Assembly: GCA_030950365.1 (NCBI GenBank)
Contig: JAUZRQ010000040.1
Location: forward strand, 13,195 to 77,194
Origin: Candidatus Zhuqueibacterota bacterium
Lineage (GTDB): Bacteria > Zhuqueibacterota > Zhuqueibacteria > Zhuqueibacterales > Geothermadaptataceae
Direction of reading: 5' to 3'
DNA length: 64,000 nucleotides
How positions within the stretch are numbered: the stretch's first letter is position 1; every line of letters starts with the position of its first letter. The translations under genes and the position numbers were made by a program. This document shows, piece after piece, positions 1 through 11,886 of this stretch. The notes beneath the pieces are model-generated. The model worked only from the letters and a program-made list of their open reading frames with translations. It was not told the origin of the DNA and searched no databases.

Positions 1-2584
<2,584 letters not shown>

Positions 2585-2944
2585 GATCGTCTCCTGATGT
2601 TGGATCAAATGAATCTAACGGTCTAGTTCTTTCACACCATTTCTAATATAACAAAATTTCAGGAAAAAATGGCCTAATAAAATTGTAACAGTTGTCTTTT
2701 TAGTAAGGATCGATTTTTCAAGCCAGGATGGACATGGATCAAACGCGGACAGAGGGGGGCCATGGCCATGATCAGAAAACGTGAATCTCTCGCAGAAGCG
2801 CAAAACTCTCGGAGAAAGGTACCGGCCATCGTCCCTGTGGCAACCGCTCCTTGTGAGCGGTGGGAACTGGCAGAGATCACGCCAGGACACCGCCGTCATC
2901 CGCGTTCATCAAGGGCTATAAAAACGGCGCGCGTTTAACGCTGT

Positions 2945-4162
2945 TCACTCCGACACGGCTGCGGCCTCCTGCGCGGCCAGGTTTTTCTGCAGGTTCACAA
3001 CGGCATAATAACTCAACCCCGCGCAGAGGAACAGCAAAATGCCACCGCTCCAGTACGGCGCGGGAACGCCCAGCCAGTCGAAAAACCAGCCGCCCCAGGC
3101 GGGCCCCAGCACGCGCGCCAGGCTGCCCATGGATTGCGATACCCCGAGCACCCCGCCCTGTTGGTCCTCGTGCGTGTTGCGGGAAATCAGGCTTTGTAGG
3201 CTGGGGTTGCTCAGTCCGTTGCCCACGGCCACCAGTCCCAGCATGATCAGCATGGGCGGCAGGCTGTGCAGATACGGCAGAAACAGAAATCCCACTGCCT
3301 GCATGATCAGCCCGGCGGTCAGCAGCCTGCCTTCGCCATAGCGGCGCGTCAGCGGGCCGATGAGGCCGCCCTGCACGATGGCCACCAGAATGCCAATGTA
3401 GGCAAACAGATAGCCGTTGTCCTGGGCATTGTAATGAAAATTGCGTTCCGTCATGAGCGCAAACGTCGCTTCCAGATTGGCAAAGGCCAGGGTGATAAAG
3501 AAAAACAGCACCAGAAACAAACCGACCAGCGGGTGGAAGATCGCCTTGCGGAACTGGTGCCAATCAAACGCCGACAGCCGCTTGTGGTAGCGCGAATGGT
3601 TGATTGCTTCTTTGGAACGAGATTCCGGCAGTAGAAAATACGCGCCGATGAAGTTCAGCAGCGCCAGGCCGGACGCTACATAGGCCGGAAAACTCAGCCC
3701 CTTGGCGGACAGCAATCCGCCGAACGTGGGCCCGAAAATGAACCCCAAGCCAAACGCCGCGCCCACCAGCCCCATGCCCTTAGCACGCTCTTCCGGCGGC
3801 GTGACGTCGGCGATGTATGCCTGCGCTGCGGAGAGGTTGGCCATGAAAATCCCGGCAAAGATGCGGGCCACAAACAGCATGGTGAGGCTCGAGGCAATGC
3901 CGAACAGCAGTAGCGAAACCGACGACCCCAGCAGGCTCATCAGGATGATCGGCCGCCGTCCCACACGATCGGAGATGCGGCCCCAAAACGGAGCAAACAG
4001 GAATTGCATCAGCGAAAAGGATGCCGATAGCAGTCCGATCTCGAACGCGTTGGCGCCAAAGCTTTCCGCGTAAAACGGCAGGATCGGCAGAATCATGCCG
4101 AAGCCGAGAAGATCGAGGAATAGGGTGACGAAAATGATGACTAACGGAGCTTTTCGTTTCAT
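2945..4162 (-). CDS. MFS transporter
   Basis: ORF 2945..4255, trimmed to Met32 (MKRKAPLVIIFVTLFLDLLGFGMILPILPFY). Multi-TM hydrophobic pattern and MFS loop motif GRISDRVGRRPIIL. Confidence 0.85.
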   Translation of the reverse strand: MKRKAPLVIIFVTLFLDLLGFGMILPILPFYAESFGANAFEIGLLSASFSLMQFLFAPFWGRISDRVGRRPIILMSLLGSSVSLLLFGIASSLTMLFVARIFAGIFMANLSAAQAYIADVTPPEERAKGMGLVGAAFGLGFIFGPTFGGLLSAKGLSFPAYVASGLALLNFIGAYFLLPESRSKEAINHSRYHKRLSAFDWHQFRKAIFHPLVGLFLVLFFFITLAFANLEATFALMTERNFHYNAQDNGYLFAYIGILVAIVQGGLIGPLTRRYGEGRLLTAGLIMQAVGFLFLPYLHSLPPMLIMLGLVAVGNGLSNPSLQSLISRNTHEDQQGGVLGVSQSMGSLARVLGPAWGGWFFDWLGVPAPYWSGGILLFLCAGLSYYAVVNLQKNLAAQEAAAVSE

Positions 4163-4533
4163 GGCCTGTGTGGGGTTATAATGGGTTCCGAATCGTGATT
4201 CTATGGTCATTCGCTGCTGCGCGGTTAGAGGCGGCAGCATTCGATTGGCATACAAAGAAGCTCAAATATAAGAAAAATTAAATTTCCAGGCAATTGCAAT
4301 TTTGGAAATACAGCCGCTGCACACTCCCCCGCTGCGGCGAGGCATTTCTGCAGCCTGAAACAGCAACCGGTACTCCTTAAATCAATCTGATAAAATCGAC
4401 TAAACAAAACGGCTGTTCAGCGGTCTATTAGCAAACAACTATCGATACCTTAACCAAACCTTAACCAACATCCCTCGCGCCCGAATCCAAGGCCTGAAAA
4501 AAAACTCAACGTACCAACCAAAAGGAGATCGCT

Positions 4534-5793
4534 ATGACGGCAAAGAACGGCTTTCGTTTTCTGGTGATGGTTCTCGCCATGGCAGCGCTGACCGCCTGTG
4601 GCCCGCGGGAATTCCCCATGACCTCGAAATCCGATGAAGCGCGTGCTAACCTGCAGGACGCCTTGCGCTACATGGATAACTACATGAACCGGCAGGCCAG
4701 CGAGAGCTTGCAAAAAGCGCTGGCCGCCGATTCCACCTTTGCCCTGGCCTATCTATACGGCGGCCTGCTGACCAACAATGCAGAAAAACGGCAGCAGCTA
4801 TTCGAACGCGCCCGAAAGGAAGCGGCCGAAGCCACCATGGCCGAGCGCACGCTCATCGAAGCGGTGATTGCCTGGCGCAGCGATGACCACGACGCGGCTC
4901 TCGGGCTTCTGGAAACGCTGCGCAAAACCTTCCCCAACGATTTCCATGTAACTTTCACCCATGGCCGCATCCTGTTCGACAAAGGCGAGTACCCCGCCGC
5001 TGCGCAGGTGTTTGAGCAGGCCGTGCAACTGGACTCCACCACCGTCGCCGGATTTGACTGGCTGGCGAATGCCTACATCCGGTTCGGCGAATACGAAAAG
5101 GCCAGACAATTCTACCGCAAAGCGGCGGAAATCACGCCGGAGGGTGGAAATCCGACTTTGCGATATTATGGCATTGCATTTGCTGAATTATATCTCGGCA
5201 ATGTCGATGCGGCTCTGGCCGCGATGGAAGAGGGAATCCAGGATTACCTGAATCGCAACCCGAACGGCACGCCGGTGTTCGTTTACAATTCCATGGCGCG
5301 CATCAATTTAGAAAATGGCCGGCCGGAAAAGGCGATGGCGCTGTACGAGAAGGGGTACTCGCTGGTGTCTGGCAGCAACATGAGCGAAACTCAGAAGCAG
5401 CTCTGGCTCGGGCGGCTGCATCACGGCAAGGCGCGCAGCTATGCCAAAATGGGAGATTTCCGCAATGCCTGGAAACATGCCCGCATCGTCAAAAAAATGC
5501 TGGATGCCGGGGGCGAGCAGGCAAAGCGGTTCTTGCCTGCTTATCACTATCTGTTGGGCTATATCTATCTTGAAGAAAATAAACCGAAGCAGGCATTGGA
5601 GCACCTGAAACAGGCCGATCAGGAGGATCACTTCATCCGTATGCTAATGGCGCGGGCCTATGAAGCTCTGGGCCAGGCTGACCGGGCGCGTAAACTGGTG
5701 GCCGAGATCGTGAATAACCCCATTGGCGGTCTGGAACGCGCGCTGGTATATAACGAAGCCCGAAGCAAACTGGCGCAGTATGCGGCACAATAG
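4534..5793 (+). CDS. TPR-repeat lipoprotein
   Basis: The N-terminus MTAKNGFRFLVMVLAMAALTACG has a signal peptide and a lipobox Cys. The rest is helical repeats rich in A/L/Y/G, typical of TPR. Confidence 0.7.
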   Translation: MTAKNGFRFLVMVLAMAALTACGPREFPMTSKSDEARANLQDALRYMDNYMNRQASESLQKALAADSTFALAYLYGGLLTNNAEKRQQLFERARKEAAEATMAERTLIEAVIAWRSDDHDAALGLLETLRKTFPNDFHVTFTHGRILFDKGEYPAAAQVFEQAVQLDSTTVAGFDWLANAYIRFGEYEKARQFYRKAAEITPEGGNPTLRYYGIAFAELYLGNVDAALAAMEEGIQDYLNRNPNGTPVFVYNSMARINLENGRPEKAMALYEKGYSLVSGSNMSETQKQLWLGRLHHGKARSYAKMGDFRNAWKHARIVKKMLDAGGEQAKRFLPAYHYLLGYIYLEENKPKQALEHLKQADQEDHFIRMLMARAYEALGQADRARKLVAEIVNNPIGGLERALVYNEARSKLAQYAAQ

Positions 5794-6110
5794 CCAGACG
5801 CCCACGTATTCCTAATTTCTTCGGTGGCGGTTGATCGCCGGATGCCGGAATTCCGAGACGGCGAAATCCATTCGGAAACATCACGATTCAGCTATTTGGG
5901 TTTGTTGACATCTTGGCTGTCATTGCTTGCAGCCGCCGTGAGGCAGGTGCACCTCTCCGACTGCTGACGGACGTGTCCGACCGCTGGCGGATGGCGATCT
6001 CTTTGCAGATAGGGCAATGAGATCGCTACGTCGCTGCGCTCCTCGCGATGACGGCCAGGGGGCCTAATAATTACTCGGAAACAAGCGCTAAACAATAAAC
6101 AGGTGGTTGT

Positions 6111-6485
6111 ATGCCCAAAATCATGTCATCGTATCAGTTCATTCCCGAGCGGTTCAAAAAGAAATATTTCGATTTTTACCGCGAGCTGTACGATCCGACT
6201 CACAGCGTGCTGGATATGAAAACCAAGGAACTCATTGCCCTGGCGGTGTCCATTGCCACTGGTTGCCAGGGCTGTTTCAAAGGGCATGTGAAAAAGGCGG
6301 TGCGCCATGGCGCCACCCGGGAAGAGGTGGGGGAGGCCATTGCCGTGGCCATCGCCATCAACGCCGCGACCATCGTTGATCGCACCGATATTGCCAATTT
6401 GGAGGAGGACCTGGTTGCATCCCTCTGGGATCGCGAAGGCCGTAGTTCGGTCGATGAGAATGTGGATGACGAACTGACGCCATGA
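6111..6485 (+). CDS. carboxymuconolactone decarboxylase (AhpD-like) family protein
   Basis: Core KELIALAVSIATGCQGCFKGHVKKAVRHGATREEVGEAIAVA with the CxxC motif typical of the CMD/AhpD family. Confidence 0.8.
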   Translation: MPKIMSSYQFIPERFKKKYFDFYRELYDPTHSVLDMKTKELIALAVSIATGCQGCFKGHVKKAVRHGATREEVGEAIAVAIAINAATIVDRTDIANLEEDLVASLWDREGRSSVDENVDDELTP

Positions 6486-7759
6486 ATGCGGCCGATGTGA
6501 CATGGTCATCATCTGGGCGGCGATCCCGGCCGGCGTTGCATCCCGGAGCGTTTGCGCTCCTTATGAGTCTGTTTTTCCTCGGCCTCACCGATGTGCAGGT
6601 CATTCCGGTGCTGTTGCCGGCTTTCGAAAGCGGGTTTTCAGTAAGCATTGCCATGGCCGGTTCGCTGGTCACCCTGTATTCCCTGGCGGCGGCGCTATCG
6701 GCGCTGGTGGTTGGGCCGCTGTCCGATCGTTTCGGCCGGATGCGGTTTATCCGTGCCGGGGCCGGTCTGTTCGCGCTGGCTGCGCTGCTTGGCGCCATGG
6801 CGGATCGCTTCTGGGGTCTCGCTGTCGCGCGGATGATGGCCGGGGCTGCTGGCGGCATTTTTTCCACTTGTATCGTCGCGCTTATTGCGGACCGGTTCAC
6901 TTTCGAACGCCGGGGCCGCGCCATGGGCTGGGTGGCCGGGATGTATTCGCTTGCAGCGGTGGCAGGCGTCCCGACGGGCGCGTTCGTTGCCAGCGCCTTC
7001 GGCTGGCGGGTGATTTTCTGGGGATTCGGCCTGCTGGCGTTGCTGCTCAGCCTGATTTTGCCACGGATCAATGACCCTCAGCTCTATACCGGGCTGGCAG
7101 GCCCTCTTGTGCCGAGGCGGTTTGCTCGACAGCAAATAGGGCAATATCTGAATTTCTTGAAAAGACCAATACCGCGCCGCGGTTTGTGGCTGGCCATCGC
7201 CGTGGTCAGCTCTACCACCAGCCTGATCACCTACCTTGCCGCCTGGCTCGTGGACGGATTTGGCTACACAATGGCGGATGTGGCCGTGGTGTTTCTGGTT
7301 ACTGGCGGCGCCATGGTGGTCGGCTCTGTAGCCGGCGGCTGGCTGGCCGATCGCCTGGGGAAACGGTTCCTGCTAGCAGGCTGGAGCGCATTGCTGGCGC
7401 CGGTGTTGCTGACCGTGGTCGCCATCGAGAGCCGCGGCGCCGTTATGCTGTATTGCCTTACCGGTGGCTTGCTGCTATCGCTGCGCGAGGCCCCGTATCA
7501 GGCGGTCATCACCGAACTGGTGCCGGCCGAGCAGCGCGGTGCCTATCTGGCCATGCGCAGCACCATCGCCAAGCTGGCCATCGCCGCTTCAGCCCTGGTG
7601 GCCGGACAACTATTCGAACATCTGGGCTTCGTGGCCGTGGCCGGTTTTGCAGCGCTGTGCAGTGGCGTAGCGCTGGTTATTGCAGCCGTCCGGTTGCATC
7701 TGCCACCGGAAGAAACACCGGATGCTGTCACTCCATCGACAACCCAAATGCATTTCTAA
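6482..7759 (+). CDS. MFS transporter
   Basis: Multi-TM protein with MFS loop GPLSDRFGRMRFI. The start overlaps the upstream stop by 4 nt (ATGA). Confidence 0.85.
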   Translation: MNAADVTWSSSGRRSRPALHPGAFALLMSLFFLGLTDVQVIPVLLPAFESGFSVSIAMAGSLVTLYSLAAALSALVVGPLSDRFGRMRFIRAGAGLFALAALLGAMADRFWGLAVARMMAGAAGGIFSTCIVALIADRFTFERRGRAMGWVAGMYSLAAVAGVPTGAFVASAFGWRVIFWGFGLLALLLSLILPRINDPQLYTGLAGPLVPRRFARQQIGQYLNFLKRPIPRRGLWLAIAVVSSTTSLITYLAAWLVDGFGYTMADVAVVFLVTGGAMVVGSVAGGWLADRLGKRFLLAGWSALLAPVLLTVVAIESRGAVMLYCLTGGLLLSLREAPYQAVITELVPAEQRGAYLAMRSTIAKLAIAASALVAGQLFEHLGFVAVAGFAALCSGVALVIAAVRLHLPPEETPDAVTPSTTQMHF

Positions 7760-7765
7760 AAAGCT

Positions 7766-8710
7766 ATGCAAAATCAATCTACCTTCTGGCGTTGGATAAA
7801 ACGAATTCTAATGAGTGTGTTGCTGCTTTTATTGGTGCTGATTTTGATCGTCCTGCCTTACGGGATTTCATATCTAATCACGCATGCCAAAACGCGTCCC
7901 ATGGATCGCCGGTTGACCGCCATGCCATCCGATTATGACGTGCCATACCAGACCATCTGGTTCGATGCACCGGCGCTGCAATCCGGTGACACCACCAGTC
8001 GCGTGCGAATTCATGCCTGGTATTTGCCGCAAGATAGCGCCCGCGCGCTGATTGTTTATGCGCACGGATTGTTTCGCTCCCGGCACGAAATGCTCGAACG
8101 GGCAGCGTGGCTATGGCATCACGGCTTTGCGGGATTGCTGCTGGATTTGCGACGTCATGGCAAAAGTGGCGGCCGGTTGAGCGGCATGGGCTACCTCGAG
8201 CGGCTGGATGTGGAAGCGGCGGTGCGCCATGCGCGGAAGCTTCTCGGCTGGCAAGGACCGGTGGTTGCGTTTGGGGTGTCCATGGGAGCGGCGGCCGTGC
8301 TGCTGGCCGCGGCCGAGACGCCCGACATTGATGCCGTTATCGTGGACAGCCCGTTTCTGTCGTTTGAAAGCACCATTTCGCATCATTTAAAACTGGTGCT
8401 GGGGCTGCCCCGGTTTCCCATTGGCGATCTGATCATCCTGTTCTCCCGCTGGCGCGTGGGATTTCAGCCCGAGGAGTTCGATTTGCGCATTGCCGTGCGG
8501 AAGCTGGACGATCGGCCCATTTTGTTCATCGCGGGTAGAGCCGACCGGCGCATGCCAGTGGAGATGCAGCGTCGGCTGTTTGAGCAGGCGGCCACGTCGC
8601 GCAAAGCGTTCGTCGTCATCCCCGATGCCACACACGGCGCCGCGTTCCGGTCGCACCGGGAGATGTACGAACAGGCCGTGTTGCGTTTTCTGGATGAGGT
8701 AGTGCCGTGA
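7766..8710 (+). CDS. alpha/beta hydrolase with N-terminal membrane anchor
   Basis: N-terminal TM segment (ILMSVLLLLLVLILIVLPYGI), oxyanion-region HGLFRSRHE, nucleophile elbow GVSMGAA, C-terminal DATHG. Confidence 0.8.
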   Translation: MQNQSTFWRWIKRILMSVLLLLLVLILIVLPYGISYLITHAKTRPMDRRLTAMPSDYDVPYQTIWFDAPALQSGDTTSRVRIHAWYLPQDSARALIVYAHGLFRSRHEMLERAAWLWHHGFAGLLLDLRRHGKSGGRLSGMGYLERLDVEAAVRHARKLLGWQGPVVAFGVSMGAAAVLLAAAETPDIDAVIVDSPFLSFESTISHHLKLVLGLPRFPIGDLIILFSRWRVGFQPEEFDLRIAVRKLDDRPILFIAGRADRRMPVEMQRRLFEQAATSRKAFVVIPDATHGAAFRSHREMYEQAVLRFLDEVVP

Positions 8711-8720
8711 AGGTGGGAAA

Positions 8721-8827
8721 GCCGATTTTTGGGGGGGAAGCCACGGATTGATTTGAGGGAAACCGCAGAGTTCGCGGAGAGCGCAGAGTTCCCCTGCGCA
8801 CTCCGCACCTCAGCGAGAGATTTTTTT
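8721..8827. repeat. intergenic modular repeat, copy 1 (CACGGAT / CGCAGAG / ACTCCGC motif modules)
   Basis: Reads gccgattttt...ccacggattga...aaccgcagagtt...cccctgcgcactccgcacctcagcgagagattttttt. Collinear with the copy at 9070-9166. Confidence 0.8.
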
Positions 8828-9069
8828 GATGCGATTTTGCACGATCCAACACCGTTTGCAACGGTGTTTAAATTGCCTTGATTCCAGGTCTCAATGTTGC
8901 CTTCCGATATTCGCCGCTGGGATTGGGGCGAAAGATCGATAATACGTCGCATCTGAACACAAATATGCAATCGACTCGAGATCGATTCAGAAACACACGG
9001 TCAGAGACCGTATGAGATCGAAGGCTGGCTAATTCCCTTGTTAAAAGAGAGGTATGATCAGCAATTGGG

Positions 9070-9166
9070 GCGATTTTTTGAGCCACGGATTGACGCGGAT
9101 GGAACACGGATTGATTGTGGAACCGCAGAGTTCCCCTGCACACTCCGCGCCTCAGCGAGAAATTTT
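9070..9166. repeat. intergenic modular repeat, copy 2
   Basis: Reads gcgattttttgagccacggattgacgcggatggaacacggattgattgtggaaccgcagagttcccctgcacactccgcgcctcagcgagaaatttt. Same order and orientation as copy 1. Confidence 0.8.
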
Positions 9167-9207
9167 ATTCCTCATGGATTGTGCTGAAATTCAAACGACA
9201 TCCACCG

Positions 9208-10167
9208 CTACCGCTCAATCGGGCCGGGAAGGATGAACTGATATTTCTGGCCCAGAAGACGGGTTTTTAGAAAACGGTCCAACCGGCGGAAATTCAGAAA
9301 AATCGTCCAGATAAGCGCATCCTCTTTGTAATACTTGCGCACTTCGTCTTCGCCAATCGGCTCGATACCCAGCTCCGCCGCCTCGGTTCGCAATACATCA
9401 TTGACGATGCGCAATCCTGCCGGAAGGCGCTCCGGCATCTTTTCCTTGTACAAATTGGCCAGACAATCCATCAGCACGGCGCGCAAATCGTAATACCGGT
9501 CCAGCACATCCTGCAAAAAAGCCCACCGCACCAACCACACCAGAAAGGATGGCACGGCTTTGAGAAAAATTTCCGGATTCAATTTTTCCCGTCCGTGATG
9601 CCGCAAAAACGGCGTGGTGATATCAAAATACAGCAACCGATCGATGCGGCCGTTTTCGCCCTGCACGGCCCAGTTGGACACCTGCGCATCGATACCGATG
9701 AGCTCGCCCGGGCCGTCGCTGGCGTTTTTGCGCCAGATACGCAGCAAATTGGCCAGTAGCTCGCGGAAAAACCTCTCGAACGCGGTCTCAGACGCCTGGC
9801 GCAAAAACTGGTTGCCGATGCTGGCCGATGGCAGAATCGGTTGCGCGACGTACAAAATGTGCTCGCCGTCCCGGTTGTCGATGGCAATGCACTGCGATTC
9901 GATTACGGCCACATCCAGCCGGTCGCGCAGGGTTTGAATGTAAGCCTCGATCACCTGCTGGTAGGCCGCGCGCTCTTCGGGATTGGGAAACGGCGGCAGC
10001 CGTTTGAACGCCACGTCGGGCATGGACTCGATGCGGAACACCGCAGAAATTTCACCATAGCCGAGAATTTTCACCGGCTCCGTGCCCTGCTCCGGCGCCG
10101 CGGGATTGAGCTGATCTTCGAATGCCTGCAAGCGGTCCAGGTCGATGTTCATCGCCACCTCATGCAT
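9208..10167 (-). CDS. protein-kinase-like fold protein (putative small-molecule kinase), function unknown
   Basis: Motifs read by eye: Gly-rich loop ILGYGEISAVF, Lys motif VAFKRL, catalytic-loop-like IGIDAQVSNW, metal-binding-like LLYFDITTPF. A likely alternative start is Met6 at 10152, preceded by GAGGTG. Tightly coupled to the upstream aminotransferase, whose stop is at 10160. Confidence 0.5.
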   Translation of the reverse strand: MHEVAMNIDLDRLQAFEDQLNPAAPEQGTEPVKILGYGEISAVFRIESMPDVAFKRLPPFPNPEERAAYQQVIEAYIQTLRDRLDVAVIESQCIAIDNRDGEHILYVAQPILPSASIGNQFLRQASETAFERFFRELLANLLRIWRKNASDGPGELIGIDAQVSNWAVQGENGRIDRLLYFDITTPFLRHHGREKLNPEIFLKAVPSFLVWLVRWAFLQDVLDRYYDLRAVLMDCLANLYKEKMPERLPAGLRIVNDVLRTEAAELGIEPIGEDEVRKYYKEDALIWTIFLNFRRLDRFLKTRLLGQKYQFILPGPIER

Positions 10168-11416
10168 TCACCCATTGCGCTGTCAGTTTCAGCGCCTTTT
10201 CCAATCGGGTCAAAATTTCTTCGGCCAGCGCCGGCTCGATGATGAGCGGCGGCAGAAATTGCACCACCGAGGGATCGTTGCCGGCGAATACGCACAGCAG
10301 TCCTGTTTCAAAACAGGCCTTCGTCATCACCTGGCCGAGAGCAGGATCGGCCATTTTCAGGCCGATCATCAGGCCTTTCTGGCGCACTTCCTGGAACAGG
10401 GGAGTAAACGCGCTTTGCAATTGCGCCAGGCCGTGTTCGAAGATTTGCGCCAGTGTGTACACCTGGGTCAGAAACAGCGGCTCTTTCAGGATGGCCAGCA
10501 CCTCTTCGGCCACCGCACAGCCGATTTCCGCACCGCCGAAAGTGGAAATGTGCACGAACGGATCATCATGAAACACCGTTTCTAACTCTGGGCGTATTAC
10601 CGTGGCGGTCATGGGATAGATACCGCCGCTGAGGCCCTTGCCGGTGACCAGAATATCGGGCACGACGCCGTAGTGCTCGATGCCCCAGGCGCGACCGGTG
10701 CGGCCGAGGCCGGTCTGCACTTCATCGATGATCAGCAGCGCGCCGACAGCCTCGCAGCGCTGTTTGACCCGGCTGAAGTAATCCTCATCCGGGATGGGCA
10801 TGCCCAGGGTGGCCGGGATGGTTTCCACCAGCACGGCGGCAAAATCGGTATTCAGCGTCTGTTCCAGTGTGGCGGCGTCGTTGAACGGCACGCGCACGAA
10901 CTCCGGCGATTCGGCCAGAAACGGCGCGCTGAACTTAGAATCGCCGGCGGCCACGGCATAGCCGGTGTGCCCGTGATATCCGCCCTTGACGGAGAGGATG
11001 TTGCGACGGCCGGTGGCGCTCCGGGCAATTTTAATGGCGGTGTCGATGGCCTCGCCGCCGCTGACGCCGAATACGGTGTACTGCAAATCGCCGGGCGTGA
11101 TTTCGGCCAGTTTTTCGGCCAGGCGGGCGCGGTGCGCGCTGACAAAATGGTGGTTGCCGATGTCCAACTGGCGTAGCGCCTGCTCCAGCGCATGCACGAT
11201 GCGCGGATGCCTGTGGCCGAGGTTGAACACGCCGCCGTTGCAATGGCAGTCGATGAGCTGCTTCTGGCCGTCAATATCCCACACAAACGGCCCTTCGCGC
11301 CGGCCGAACACGAACTCGATGCCATTTTCCTGAAAAAAACGCGCCTTGCCGGATGAAACGTACTGCGAAAATTTTTGGAAGATATCGGATTTGGATTGTG
11401 AACCTCGTGCACTCAT
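10160..11416 (-). CDS. class III pyridoxal-phosphate-dependent aminotransferase family protein
   Basis: DEVQTGLGRTGRAWGIEHYGVVPDILVTGKGLSGG (PLP-lysine region), GGYHGHT, and an N-terminal fold typical of the acetylornithine/GABA-aminotransferase class. Confidence 0.85.
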   Translation of the reverse strand: MSARGSQSKSDIFQKFSQYVSSGKARFFQENGIEFVFGRREGPFVWDIDGQKQLIDCHCNGGVFNLGHRHPRIVHALEQALRQLDIGNHHFVSAHRARLAEKLAEITPGDLQYTVFGVSGGEAIDTAIKIARSATGRRNILSVKGGYHGHTGYAVAAGDSKFSAPFLAESPEFVRVPFNDAATLEQTLNTDFAAVLVETIPATLGMPIPDEDYFSRVKQRCEAVGALLIIDEVQTGLGRTGRAWGIEHYGVVPDILVTGKGLSGGIYPMTATVIRPELETVFHDDPFVHISTFGGAEIGCAVAEEVLAILKEPLFLTQVYTLAQIFEHGLAQLQSAFTPLFQEVRQKGLMIGLKMADPALGQVMTKACFETGLLCVFAGNDPSVVQFLPPLIIEPALAEEILTRLEKALKLTAQWVNA

Positions 11417-11560
11417 GAGAAGACTCCCTTTCTTGGTGATGCGAAAAAAATAAAGGTACAGAGGGCGTTTTACAATAAAAAATGAACGGGTGGGAAATGG
11501 CCTGCGCGATTCTATCGGTGGTGGTTTGTTTTGCGGCTATCAGACTAATTTTTCTATTGA

Positions 11561-11590
11561 CACACGAAGATACAAAGCCACAAAGTTTTT
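11561..11590. repeat. CACRAAG heptamer-array repeat
   Basis: cacacgaagatacaaagccacaaagttttt; related arrays at 55770-55815 and 55909-55950. Confidence 0.6.
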
Positions 11591-11680
11591 AGTATGACTG
11601 CGTGGTTGATGCAATTATTCATTCTTGCCAACCGGTTTTGCATGCCGTCTATTTTCGAAGGATGAAAATCCCTGAACATT

Positions 11681-11790
11681 TGCGTCATCCGCTTTATCCG
11701 TGTTCGCTTGAAAAATCAGGCCCTCTGCATTTTCTTGTTGAATCTGTCCAAATACCCTCTGCGTGCCCCGCGAGCTCTGCGAGATTTCAT
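11681..11790 (+). repeat. composite intergenic repeat (ATCCG-TTTATCCGTGTTC module plus CTCTGCG...CTCTGCGAGA module)
   Basis: tgcgtcatccgctttatccgtgttc, then a 49-nt spacer, then ccctctgcgtgccccgcgagctctgcgagatttcat. Collinear with the copies at 48032-48126 and 62219-62295. Confidence 0.8.
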
Positions 11791-11861
11791 TGTAAAAATC
11801 GATCAGGTTTATGAATTTTTTGTCAAAAAATGCTTGACAAAAAATCCTTTTATACTTATTG

Positions 11862-11886
11862 TTTGGTAAATATCAAATTTACCAAA
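11862..11886. promoter_or_regulatory. perfect 10-bp inverted repeat, candidate operator of the adjacent regulator
   Basis: TTTGGTAAAT-ATCAA-ATTTACCAAA ends at the A of the ATG at 11886, so it overlaps the translation start region of the GbsR/MarR-like gene. Confidence 0.45.

Noticed and set aside
5794-6110. Possible tRNA or ncRNA in the 316-nt spacer (includes gtcgctgcgctcctcgcgatgac)
   Set aside because: I could not fold a cloverleaf or find conserved tRNA boxes, and only a single copy of this motif occurs in the window.
6358-7071. 237-aa minus-strand ORF, plus 190-aa and 250-aa plus-strand ORFs in other frames
   Set aside because: They overlap the MFS transporter gene (6482-7759), which has a coherent TM pattern. 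The alternatives are Arg/Pro/Ala-rich low-complexity products.
11834-11856. TTGACA ... TATACT as a sigma-70 promoter for the first GbsR/MarR-like gene
   Set aside because: The hexamers are only 11 nt apart, far from the 16-18 nt optimum, so I do not call it.
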